DNA from: Chiloscyllium plagiosum
Taxonomy: Eukaryota
Direction of reading: 5' to 3'
Assembly: GCF_004010195.1 (NCBI RefSeq)
Contig: NC_057759.1
Span: 6,766,290-6,829,918 of the forward strand
DNA length: 63,629 nt
Numbering within the stretch: position 1 is the stretch's first letter; each line of letters begins with the position of its first letter. A program made the position numbers and the translations under genes. Shown here in pieces: positions 13,201 through 24,411 of the stretch. A model generated the notes under the pieces. That model saw only the letters and a list, made by a program, of their open reading frames with translations. It had not been told where the DNA came from and did no database searches.

Positions 13201-15419
13201 TAAAATCCTCTTTTAATATCGTACAGATGCCACCCCTTATTTCGAGATCTTACCCACTTCCTTCTCAATTTTCTATAACAGTCCCAAATGTAAAATGTTC
13301 TGCTTTTTCAGTTCACAATATCAGTTCGCTCTAGCCGTATCTCTCTAATGTAATTAAATCATTTGCATTCAGCATTTTAAGCCTTTTTTCTCTGCTCTGT
13401 TGTTACCTTTATTTTTTATTTTGCCCGGTTAGAAAACTACCTGACACCGTATATACGCACAGAATCAAACTTGATGGGTAATGTTTCATGGAACCTGATT
13501 TCCGTCCCTGAGTATATCATGTCCCATCAGCAGGACAGACGCAAACAGTGGTGGGGGCACAATGGGATACGATCACAAAAGGAGATACGCTGGCATTCTG
13601 CAACAGTGAGTCCAGAGCTCGAGGCATCTCCTTGTAACAGTGATTACCAGATAATATCTCCTGGTAACAGATGATCGAGGAAATAGCCTGACGCAAGACA
13701 TCTGCTGTCCTCCACAACTCACCTCGGAAGTGCGTCTGTTCACCTCGATATTAAAATTAGATCAGAGGAACCATAGAGTATAGCAAGGACACAGAACATA
13801 CTCCCTGAGACTTCAGTGTCCATCACCAAATGTATCACTACAGGCCACCACTGACTGAGCATGACGAGGCCTAAAATGCACAGCAGCCAGACTGTGGAAA
13901 TTGACAGGTGAACCAGAACATTCTCACCAACCTACTTGTCACAGCCGTATCTCTCCCGAACAGTATCTGCAGGAGTGCCAGCAAACAGCCCTGGTGGATA
14001 AAAAGTCACAGTCTTTTATTGAATATGCTACCCATGGTTTCATATGGCACCAACTCTTGAGAAGTAGGATGCAATTTTAAAGGACAGAGCAAATTGAAAC
14101 TGGGCATGCATGAGGCACTCTGGGCCATCAGCAGCTCAGGCATGACTGGCCTTACACCATAAAGTCAGAAGTGGGCTGCCCGCTGATGGTTCCAAAATGC
14201 GCAGCAGCAGTCACAACTACAACAGTACTGATGCAATCTATTCAACCCATCAAACAAGAACACAATGAGGCCGTTCAGCCATTCGAGACTGTTACTCAGC
14301 GATTGGAGCAGACCTTTTAATCTCTCATACCTGTTACACAGGGAAATGGACGGGAACAATTATCCTTTCAAAGCTGCTACACAGGAATACGGGGAAGACT
14401 GGTTACTGAACCAGAAGTAGGAATAAATTGGTCTTGATCAGTATAACGGAAACGAATGACTGAAGTGACAGAGTGACCGGTGCTTGGTCTTCAACTATTT
14501 TCATACTGCAACAACGTTTTAGATAAAAGAATCAAATTCGTTCTAATCAAATTTGTCAATGAGCCTAATATAGGCAGGAAATTAAATTATCAAAAGGAGG
14601 TAGAGAAATCATAAATGGTTAAGCAAAGAAAAATAAGTTGGCAGACTTAGTGTAAAGTGGGTCGATGAGAACCTGTGAATCTTTCAGGAACAGTACAACC
14701 TATCTATTACATAAATGAAGAGAGATTACAGGACTTGGTAAAGCACTGTGTACTGTTGGGTTCATTCTGACATGTTCGGACGTTGAAAGTGTTGCTCATT
14801 CTCCTTGATGTCCCCAATGGTCCGAATGCCACCAGTACACACGGGATATTTTGATGTAGATTTTTAGGCAATGGGGAGAGTTAAGAGGAGGGTGTTGTGA
14901 ACCGTGAATGAGGGGAATAGTTTATCTGAGGGCCATCCTTTCTTTCTCCGTAAAGACCCGAAAGTGATAGGAAAGGTTGACTGCTTCTGAATGAATACGC
15001 TATAGCTGCTGCCAGGACAATGGGTATTCACCAACATGTTGTACTGTGCGTCATCATTTGTGGAGTGAGAGACGGAGGGTCAAATCAGAAGAAGAAGAAC
15101 ATAAAGTAAAGGCACTGCCATATCAAGTAGAATCGTTAGTTATCTGACATTTTCAATTCCCTCACAGAACCGTTATTAATGCAGAGGATATAGCCGTTCA
15201 GCATGGAGCACTGCATAGATCAGGTTCTACTCCATCCAAGCCGGCAATCTGCCCAGAGTGGAACACTGTGCAGACCACACCAGTGTATTGATCTGCAAAC
15301 CCAGACATTTGGGAGCTGTGCAGAACACTGCAATGCAACTGTATCCAGGCTGCTCTGAGTGAAACACTTTGGTCGAGGTTGAGATTAATTTTATTGCACT
15401 TTCTCTAACCTACAAAATG

Positions 15420-16660
15420 TTTTGAAGCACTCTTTCAAATGGTAGTGAGAATTGATTGAAAATGCACAGTGGCATTCAGTCAGCGCATTGAGTATGGAAG
15501 TGGGAAGTTCAACTCTCTTATGAAGAGACGTTGAGTAGATTATGATTATTTTCATTCGAAAGCCGAAGGTTGAGGGGGGACCTGATGAGGTCTACAAAAT
15601 CATGAGACGTATAGACAGGGTGGATAGCAAGAGCTTTTTGCCAGAGTGGGGGACTCAATTACTAGCGGTCTCAAGTTAAAGGTGAGAGGAAAAAATTAAG
15701 TGTGTGGAAAGTTCTTTACGCAGAGTGTGTTGGGTATCTGGACCGAGTTGCCAGTGGAGGTTTTAGACGCAGGTGTGTTAACATTATTTAAGGTCTGGAT
15801 TAGTGGTGCTGGAAGAGCCCAGCAGTTCAGGCAGCATCCGAGGAGCAGTATCTGATGCTGCCTGAACTGCTGTGCTCTTCCAGCACCACTAATCCAGAAT
15901 CTGGTTTCCAGCATCTGCAGTCATTGTTTTTAGCCATCATTTAAGATGTATCTGGATAGACACGTGAGTTGTCAGGGAGCAGAGAGATACAGATCCTTAG
16001 AAAATAGGCGACAGACTTAGATGGAGGATCTGGATCAACGGAGGGTTGGAGGGTGGAAGGGCCTGTTCCTGTGCTGTAATTGTTTTTGTTCTTTGTTCAT
16101 TGACTTTGGTGAGGCCACGCTTGGAGAATTGTGTTCCGTTTTGGTCACCTTCATATAGGAAGGATGTCATTAAACTGGAAAGAGTTCAGAAGGAATTTGC
16201 AAGGGCATTGCCAGGAATGATTGGTCTAAATTAGTGGGAGACGTTGGACAAGCTGGGATTTCTTTCTTCAGAGTAGGAGACTGAGCGGGAACCTTATGGA
16301 GGTGTATACGATCATGAGAAGCATGGGTAGGGTGATTGAACTCTTTTTCCCAAATTTGGGCAATTTATGATGAGAGAGCATTATTTTAAAATTAAAGGGA
16401 AAAAATAAAACGCAACCTGAGGGGCAACTTTTTTTATTTACACAGAGTGTGGTTCGTTATATGGAATGAGTTGCCAGCAGAGGTGGTAGTGTCAGGTATA
16501 TTAACAATCTATAAACCACATTTGTACAAATACACAGATATGAACTGATTAGGAAGATATGGGTCAAGTGCAAGGAAATAGGTTTAGTGTGGATGAATAT
16601 TTTGTTGCCATAGACGAGTTTGAGCCAAAGTGCCCGGCTCCATGCTTTGTACTCTATAGC
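15420..16660 (+). mobile_element. Two adjacent degraded CR1 3' fragments
   Basis: Tail GGGCCTGTTCCTGTGCTGTAA...TGTTCTTTGTTC at ~16060-16098; second piece encodes LVRPRLENCVPFWSPSYRKDVIKLERVQK. Confidence 0.75.
15794..15934. mobile_element. Fold-back Penelope-like insertion inside CR1
   Basis: 45-bp inverted arms at 15794-15838 and 15854-15898; imperfect TSD CATTATTTAAG (15782) and CATCATTTAAG (15935); tail TCCAGCATCTGCAG shared with 39212-39331. Confidence 0.7.
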
Positions 16661-17018
16661 TCGATTACTATAAGAAATGAAACAAATCTAGTTGCAGCAT
16701 ACAGGCCAGCAATGGGCATTTTTGTCTCCTTCTGTTAATATTGCAGGGACAGCATTGGAAAAAAATAGACAACACTGCTCTGAGTTTTCAATGCATTCTT
16801 TGAAGAATGAAATAGCCATGTAAGGAACTAAAGATGGCGTCAGTTTCCGAATGTTCCAGCCGGAGATCCTCTTTTCCACTCGTTATGTTTTTTCTCATGA
16901 TTTTCTCTTTTATGAAGTGATTTTCCAAAGTTGTAACTTTTTAAATTTACTCAGTGGGTCTGGAGGAGGCGGGTCCTGGACTGAAGCCATCACGGGAAGG
17001 TGAGGCCACAAGATTTGA

Positions 17019-17270
17019 AACCCAGTGTGGTCTGGATATTGGGCCGGTGCAGTCTGGAGAGTCGGCCTCGCACCATCTGGAGACTGAGCCCACTGTGCTC
17101 TGGAGACTCAGCCCGGCAAAGTCTCGAGATTTAACCGAGGATTGTCCGAAGACTTGGCCCAGTGTGGTCTGGTAATTTAGCTCAGTACAGTCTGGACACT
17201 TCACACAGCGCGGACTGGAGACGTGGCCCAATGCAGTATGGAGATTTGGTCTGTTGCAGTCTGGAGGCTC
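17019..17270 (+). repeat. Degenerate 23-bp minisatellite (~11 units)
   Basis: TCTGG-type core recurs at 17031, 17053, 17076, 17099, 17122, 17145, 17168, 17191, 17214, 17237 and 17260; approximate consensus GGCCCAGTGCAGTCTGGAGACTT. Confidence 0.85.
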
Positions 17271-17912
17271 AGTGCTGGCACAGACCGAAAGGACTATAAA
17301 TCAAGACCGTTCTTTTGTTTTTGCATTGTATTCTTCAGTTGGACTTTCATGTAGATTTCTTTCAATTTTGTACCAAATACTTAAGTATCTGTAATCAGGA
17401 GTCTTGTACCTTAGATGGTTCCATAACTGACATTTCAAACTTTTCAGTGCACGTAACAATAAAGCCAACTCAATGAAAATGTGAGAGTCACTGTTTCTGA
17501 CGCAGTTTCCAAAAGAAAGCAGCTCTGTGTGCAGTCACGCAAGGCGTCCAATGGACCATGGTAGGAGATCACTTTAACTAAAGTTGGGAGGGACAGACAG
17601 AACGAGTGAGAGACTGAGGAGGGGATTCTGAGAGAGAGGATTTACATGTATTCAGAGAGGCAACGACTGATTAAGGATAGTCAGCGCAGCTTTGTGCGTG
17701 GGAAATTGTGTCTCACGGACTCGATGTGACACGGATCTTCAAGAGGTGACCAATAACATAGATGGGGGTGAAGCAGCATTCATAGTCTACTTGGACATTA
17801 GTGAGTCCAAATAAGATTTTGCGTGGTAGATTGGATAATAAGTTTAGATCACAGAGAATCCGGGAGAGATTGCCTATTAGAGACAAAAATGGCTTGGCCG
17901 CAGGAGACAGAG

Positions 17913-18452
17913 TGTGATAAACAGAACTCACTCACAAATCAATCAGCCTGAGATAAAGCCTTGGAAACAAGAACAATTTATTACAGTCTTTCAAGAACTG
18001 GACGCTTCTCTAATCAAGCAGAAATGGGCGCGAAAACAATACATTAAAGCATTCTTATTCGGAATCACGCCTCCCTTTTCCCATCCTATCATAAGCCGAT
18101 TACCTCACTTGTTAGTTATGTTCTTATCTGGCGATCCTGCTGTCCTTGTCTGCACTCTTTGTTCCTTGTTTGTTACAATTTGTTCTTTATTCCAGTTTCT
18201 CTTATCATATTATTAGCTTTATTGTGAAATGCCCTTGCTGCTTCTTTTTGTGGTCAGCTACAACCCTTTAAAGTTATTTCCTAGCTTACAACTATTTTCT
18301 TTAAAAGACCCTCTATATTCATTAAAGTCTTAGCCTTAATTATGCTACATGCTACATGCTGCAAGAATTCTGTTTGTATAATGTTCCCCCTCCTTTCCCC
18401 CCACTACACCCCCCTCACCCATCTGCAAAAACAACATTTCTAATTTCCCACA
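17913..18452 (-). repeat. ERV LTR in inverted orientation
   Basis: Reverse complement aligns end to end with the LTR at 23860-24411; TG...CA termini. Confidence 0.95.
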
Positions 18453-18820
18453 AGACCCGGGTAGGGAAAGGTCTTAAATGATATATCCGGGCGACTGGTG
18501 GGCAGCGGTATTTGCTGCAGGAATTGCTGCGGGACGGGGCACGCCGAAATGACCAGGTAACTCTGTGCACAGACCAAAGTAAGAAAAGAGACCTTTAAGT
18601 ATTGCCTTGGTGGTCGGGCGTACAAAAGTGCGGGGAATTGGCGATATATAAAATTAAGCCTATGTCCATGGAAAATTGCCTGTGTCAGAAGGGCTCGTAG
18701 CTGAAGGGCTGCTGAGGGTGCACTTCGTAACTAACTTATGGCCAGACGCCCAGAAAAATATACAAAAGCTAGCGGAGTCGTTGTGGGAAGCGCAAAGTGT
18801 CTGTGAGACATGGTGTCTTT

Positions 18821-18856
18821 GTGTGTGTGTGTGTGCGAGAGAGAGAGAGAGAGAGA
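18821..18856 (+). repeat. (GT)n-(GA)n microsatellite in the ERV leader
   Basis: gtgtgtgtgtgtgtgcgagagagagagagagagaga. Confidence 0.9.
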
Positions 18857-19275
18857 AAAAAGAGCTGTACAGCTAGTAGAAAGTTTAACCCTTTGTGATT
18901 CGGTTTGAATGCCCATTTGTTTGTTGGTGATTGAATGTTTGTGCTTTGTTCCCTGGAGCTTGAGATCCAGGACTGTTTTGAATCTCATTTCTACTCTGTA
19001 AATTTTAACATGATTTCTTTTAAGGTTAAGGATTTTATAGATTTTGAAATAAAATGTTAACTCCTGTTCTTTTTACAGGTCATGACTGCCTTACTATCAG
19101 TTTCTAACTAATATCTTTTATCCTTACATAAAAGTGATTTATAGAGAACAGTTGAAGTCTCAAAAAGCATATAATTGGTCAGATTAATCGAACAGTAAGG
19201 TGTCTAGTCAGGATCTGAAGGGGATGCGGAAGAAGGTGACACCGGACCTTGTTAAGGTTAATTAAATTAGAAACA

Positions 19276-20860
19276 ATGGGAGGCACGGGGAGTTGCCTGG
19301 GTAACGATCAATCTGTAAGTAACGTTAAAGGGGAATATATTCCGCCCGACAGTGCTTTGGGGAAAATGTTGGGTATTTGGGAACACAATTCCTGGACGTG
19401 GGAGAAAGATAAGGCTAAAATGATAANNNNNNNNNNNNNNNNNNNNNNNNNNNNNNNNNNNNNNNNNNNNNNNNNNNNNNNNNNNNNNNNNNNNNNNNNN
19501 NNNNNNNNNNNNNNNNNNNNNNNNNNNNNNNNNNNNNNNNNNNNNNNNNNNNNNNNNNNNNNNNNNNNNNNNNNNNNNNNNNNNNNNNNNNNNNNNNNNN
19601 NNNNNNNNNNNNNNNNNNNNNNNNNNNNNNNNNNNNNNNNNNNNNNNNNNNNNNNNNNNNNNNNNNNNNNNNNNNNNNNNNNNNNNNNNNNNNNNNNNNN
19701 NNNNNNNNNNNNNNNNNNNNNNNNNNNNNNNNNNNNNNNNNNNNNNNNNNNNNNNNNNNNNNNNNNNNNNNNNNNNNNNNNNNNNNNNNNNNNNNNNNNN
19801 NNNNNNNNNNNNNNNNNNNNNNNNNNNNNNNNNNNNNNNNNNNNNNNNNNNNNNNNNNNNNNNNNNNNNNNNNNNNNNNNNNNNNNNNNNNNNNNNNNNN
19901 NNNNNNNNNNNNNNNNNNNNNNNNNNNNNNNNNNNNNNNNNNNNNNNNNNNNNNNNNNNNNNNNNNNNNNNNNNNNNNNNNNNNNNNNNNNNNNNNNNNN
20001 NNNNNNNNNNNNNNNNNNNNNNNNNNNNNNNNNNNNNNNNNNNNNNNNNNNNNNNNNNNNNNNNNNNNNNNNNNNNNNNNNNNNNNNNNNNNNNNNNNNN
20101 NNNNNNNNNNNNNNNNNNNNNNNNNNNNNNNNNNNNNNNNNNNNNNNNNNNNNNNNNNNNNNNNNNNNNNNNNNNNNNNNNNNNNNNNNNNNNNNNNNNN
20201 NNNNNNNNNNNNNNNNNNNNNNNNNNNNNNNNNNNNNNNNNNNNNNNNNNNNNNNNNNNNNNNNNNNNNNNNNNNNNNNNNNNNNNNNNNNNNNNNNNNN
20301 NNNNNNNNNNNNNNNNNNNNNNNNNNNNNNNNNNNNNNNNNNNNNNNNNNNNNNNNNNNNNNNNNNNNNNNNNNNNNNNNNAAGAGAAGGATGAAACCCC
20401 TTCTGCATTTCTTAAAAGGCTCAAGGAGGCCACAAGGAAGTATTCGGGAATGGATCCCGATAATCCGATAGCACAGGGATACTTAAAGGTCCCGTTTGTA
20501 ACTAAATCATGGCCGGACATACAAAAGAAATTACAGAAATTAGATGGATGGAGTGAAAGACAGGATGGAAGAACTGTTATGTGAGGCACAGAAAGTGTCT
20601 GTGAAAAGGGAAGACGAGAAACAGAAACAGAAAGCCAAAATGATGGTGGTGGCAGTAGAAGAAATAACAAAAAGGAGACTGGGATCAGGGGATAACAGGA
20701 AGGATAGGGGAGGACACAAAAAACAAAGGTCGGACAACCGGGAAAAGAGGCAACAGGCAGTTGTTACCATTGCGGGAAAGTGGGGCATTTTAAAACGGAA
20801 TGCCCGGAATTAGCACGAGAAAGGGAAGCCGTTTCCCTAATGACCTTAGATGAAGATTAG
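19276..20860 (+). pseudogene. gag: ERV gag (frameshifted, partly in a gap)
   Basis: MGGTGS myristoylation-type start; gamma-type major homology region EKDETPSAFLKRLKEATRKY just after the gap; single zinc knuckle CYHCGKVGHFKTEC at 20762; TAG at 20858-20860. Confidence 0.88.
19427..20381. other. Assembly gap (955 N)
   Basis: Run of N. Confidence 1.
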
Positions 20861-22262
20861 GGGAGTCAGGTGTTCCTTTCTCCTGAGCCCCACAGGGAAC
20901 CCTTGATAAACTTAAAGGTGGGACCTGCAGGGGAGGAGGCAGTATTTTTGGTGGACACAGGAGCGGCACGATCATCCCTAAGTTTTAGACGTAACGGCGT
21001 TAACTTAACTAAGGAGTATCTTAAGGTTTCCGGAGTAAAAGGCGAAGAATTCTTGGTGCCTATTTTTGAACCAACCCTAATTAGAATAAATGATGAGGAA
21101 GTGATAGGACAATTACTATATATTCCTGACATTGGGAGCAATCTATTAGGTAGGGATTTGATTATATTGCTGTGCTTAAAAATTGGGTTGGAGGATAGTG
21201 CAGTAACTGTAACGATGGCTAAGACAACCCTTGGAAGATGGATCCTCCCGGATGGAAGGGAGTTACTAAGTAAACCAGTCATGAGAAACATCCTAACCAC
21301 CTTGCACCAAGGCAGTCATTGGGGCTCCCAAGCTATGTGTGACATAGTGTTAAGAATGTACGGATGTAAAGCGATATATACATTAGCCAAGCAGGTATGC
21401 ACAGGATGCCCGACTTGCCAAAAGATTAATAAGAAAGTAAAAGGAGGGGGGACAAGAGGTGGAAGAAACCCTGGGGTAAGACCTTTTCAAAGAATACAGG
21501 TAGATTACACAGAATTACCTCATTAGGGAAACAAAAGTACTTATTAGTCCTAATGGATCACCTAACTAGGTGGGTGAAGGCATTTCCAATGTCCTCAGCT
21601 ACCTCAAATGGAGTAGTGAAAATTCTTTTAGAACATATAATTCTTCGATATGGAGTGGTGGAAAGTATAGATTCAGACCAAGGTAGCCATTTTAACTCTA
21701 AGATCCTACAAGAAGTAATGGTGGGATTAGAGATCGCTTGGGAATTTCACCCACCTTGGCACCCGCCTTCCTCTGGGCGGGTGGAACGAATGAATCAAAC
21801 GTTAAAGAAGCAATTGTCTATCCTAGTCCTCGAGACTCGATTACCATGGACAAAATGTTTACCTATCGCATTGCTACGCATTAGGACTGCACCTAGACGT
21901 GATATAGGCCTCTCTCCTTATGAGATGATGTTTGGATTACCTTTCTTGGGTGGAAGAGGGGAATTACCAACTGTAGAGTTCAATGATAAGTTTTTAAAGA
22001 ACTATATTGTGGCGCTCGGCTCTTCTTTGTCTGTCCTTAGGATGAAGGGTCTGTTGACCCAGACACCTCCACTTGAGTTCGCCGTACATCGAATACAACC
22101 GGATGATTGGGTCCTGATAAAAAACTGGAAAGATACCAAACTGCAGCCAAGCTGGGAGGGACGTTCCTAATCCTCCTGACTACTGAAACAGCCGTCCGAA
22201 CTGCTGAAAAAGGGTGGAGTCATCACACTTGTGTTAAGGGCCCGGTGGACGCTCCTTCCCCT
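20861..22262 (+). pseudogene. pol: ERV pol remnant: protease fused to integrase, RT and RNase H absent
   Basis: PR motifs FLVDTGA and LLGRDL; IN zinc finger H(QGS)H...CPTC; catalytic VDY, SDQG, VERMN; C-terminal LQPSWEG. A stop and frameshift at ~21526 and a frameshift at ~22160. Confidence 0.92.
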
Positions 22263-22591
22263 NNNNNNNNNNNNNNNNNNNNNNNNNNNNNNNNNNNNNN
22301 NNNNNNNNNNNNNNNNNNNNNNNNNNNNNNNNNNNNNNNNNNNNNNNNNNNNNNNNNNNNNNNNNNNNNNNNNNNNNNNNNNNNNNNNNNNNNNNNNNNN
22401 NNNNNNNNNNNNNNNNNNNNNNNNNNNNNNNNNNNNNNNNNNNNNNNNNNNNNNNNNNNNNNNNNNNNNNNNNNNNNNNNNNNNNNNNNNNNNNNNNNNN
22501 NNNNNNNNNNNNNNNNNNNNNNNNNNNNNNNNNNNNNNNNNNNNNNNNNNNNNNNNNNNNNNNNNNNNNNNNNNNNNNNNNNNNNNNNNNN
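22263..22591. other. Assembly gap (329 N)
   Basis: Run of N. Confidence 1.
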
Positions 22592-23740
22592 ACCACTTAC
22601 CAAAGAAGAAGTGTACGATGTACAACAATTTGACTTGGGCTCAATCAATACAAAATGGAGATCTGACAGGGGGAATTATAACTTTGTGGGGTGGTTCCCT
22701 CAACCAGCCCCGAAAACTCTGGGTGCTATCGATGGCCTTAGAGTTTCCTCCCTAAAGGAGCAGTAAATGCCACTTGTTTCTGTAATCAGAATGACGCCAC
22801 ACTCTTCCTATTAGGAAAATCATCTTGTGTCTACACCAGCCAAGCCACTGCCATTTCCTGAATATTAAATGGGACATATTGGGTGTGTGGCTTAAAGTCC
22901 TACCCATTTATCCCCGGTGAGAAGTACGATTGGAGAGGCGGATGTAACGGGAATGGGTGCTGGGACCATCCAGTTCAGACACTACCTCAAAACCAGAAAG
23001 GCTGGAGTGGCTGCTGCTACCTTGCCGATATAATTCCCCACTTGAGGCTGTTAAAGAAAGCCCCAAAAATACATCGGAATAAACAAGGAGGAAGGCGAGT
23101 AACCCGGTAAGTAACTGAAGGAGATCGCCTCCTCTGGATTTTGATACCTATGTATGGGACCGCTCGAGCAGGAGTAGAAATACAAAAGTTGGCGGCTTCC
23201 CTGGAAGAGTTGGCCAACAATACTGCTGATGCGTTGGCCGAAACCCAATCCCAGGTAGCAGCCATAACGACCGAAATGATTGCCACCAGGTTAACAACCC
23301 TTCAGAACAGGATGGCTCTGGATTATATTCTGGCAGAGAAGGGTGGTTCCTCTGCACTAATTCGAGAGGAATGTTGTGCGTACATACCTGAGGTCTCCTC
23401 TAACATTACTGATATCTCCAAACATGTGCGAGACAAAATCGCCAAGATAAGGGAGGCAAGTTATCGGTACCAGAATGAAAAAGGATGGGAATGGAAGAAT
23501 TGGGGATTGACTGGTTGGAGAAGGTGGTTAGTCAATCTTGCTATCTATGGATTATTGATATTAGTGGGTCTGGTGGTAGGGTTCAATGTCTTAAAATGGG
23601 TCATGAGCCGACTGATTACATCCCTTGGGGAAGGAACGCAAATAAATCATCAGATGCTTTTACAATCAGCAGGTGATATGCAACAAAGAGAAAGTCAAAG
23701 AATGCTTCTAGAGTTCGAGGGACGAACAACACAAATGTAA
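22592..23740 (+). pseudogene. env: ERV env (SU C-terminal part plus TM), disrupted
   Basis: Cys-rich SU remnant; furin-type site RRVTR followed by TAA; heptad repeat; immunosuppressive-domain-like LQNRMALDYILAEKGG; decayed CX6CC (SALIREECC); membrane span LAIYGLLILVGLVVGF. Confidence 0.9.
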
Positions 23741-23836
23741 AATTTAAGATTGTGAACCTCATTGCCAAAAGGCGTAAGAGGGCAGAACATAAGAAAATGA
23801 CTTAAAGGAGACTTAATAAGTGCAAAAACAACAGTT

Positions 23837-23858
23837 AGAGAAAAAGAAAAAGGGGGAA
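23837..23858 (+). other. Polypurine tract
   Basis: AGAGAAAAAGAAAAAGGGGGAA just upstream of the 3' LTR start TG. Confidence 0.9.
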
Positions 23859-23859
23859 T

Positions 23860-24411
23860 TGTGGGAGATTAGACATGTTGTTTTTGCAGATGGGTGAGGG
23901 GGCGTAGTGGGGGAAAGGGAAGGGGGACATTATACAAACAGTCGCGGAATTCTCGTAGCATGTAGCATACTTAAGACTAAGACTTTAATGAATATAGAGG
24001 GTCTTTTAAAGAAAATAGTTTTAAGCTAGGAAATAACTTGAAAGGATTGTAGCTGACCACAAAACGAAGCAGCAAGGGCATTTCACAATAAAGCTTATAA
24101 TATGATAAGAGAAACTGAAATAAAGAACAAGTTGTAACAAACAAGGAACAAAGAATGCAGACAAAGACAGCAGGATGGCCAGATAAGAAAATAACTAAAA
24201 AGTGAGGTAATCGGCTTATGATAAGATGGGAAAAGGGAGGCGTGCTTCCGCAACTTGTAAACTGAATAAGAATGCTTTAATGTATTGTTTTCGCGCCCAT
24301 TTCTGCTTGATTACAGAAGCGTCCAGTTCTTTCAAGACTGTAATAAATTGTTCTTGCTTCCAACACTTTGTCTCAGGCTGATTGATTTTTGAGTGAGGTC
24401 TGTTTCTCACA
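23860..24411 (+). repeat. ERV 3' LTR (552 bp)
   Basis: TGTGGGAGA...TTTCTCACA imperfect terminal inverted repeats; AATAAA at 24342. Confidence 0.95.

Larger units (their letters stand above)
17913..24411 (+). mobile_element. Endogenous retrovirus, class I (gamma/epsilon-like), defective
   Basis: gag, amber stop, pro, IN, env, PPT and LTRs present; 4-bp TSD AGAG at 17909-17912 and 24412-24415. Confidence 0.93.

Noticed and set aside
17019..17270. 23-bp periodic array as CRISPR-like
   Set aside because: There is no constant-repeat/unique-spacer alternation; the units are uniformly diverged.
17913..24411. DIRS-type (inverted-repeat, tyrosine recombinase) element or DNA transposon with long TIRs
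   Set aside because: It has a DDE integrase, env, PPT, TG...CA LTRs and a 4-bp TSD; no tyrosine recombinase or transposase is visible.
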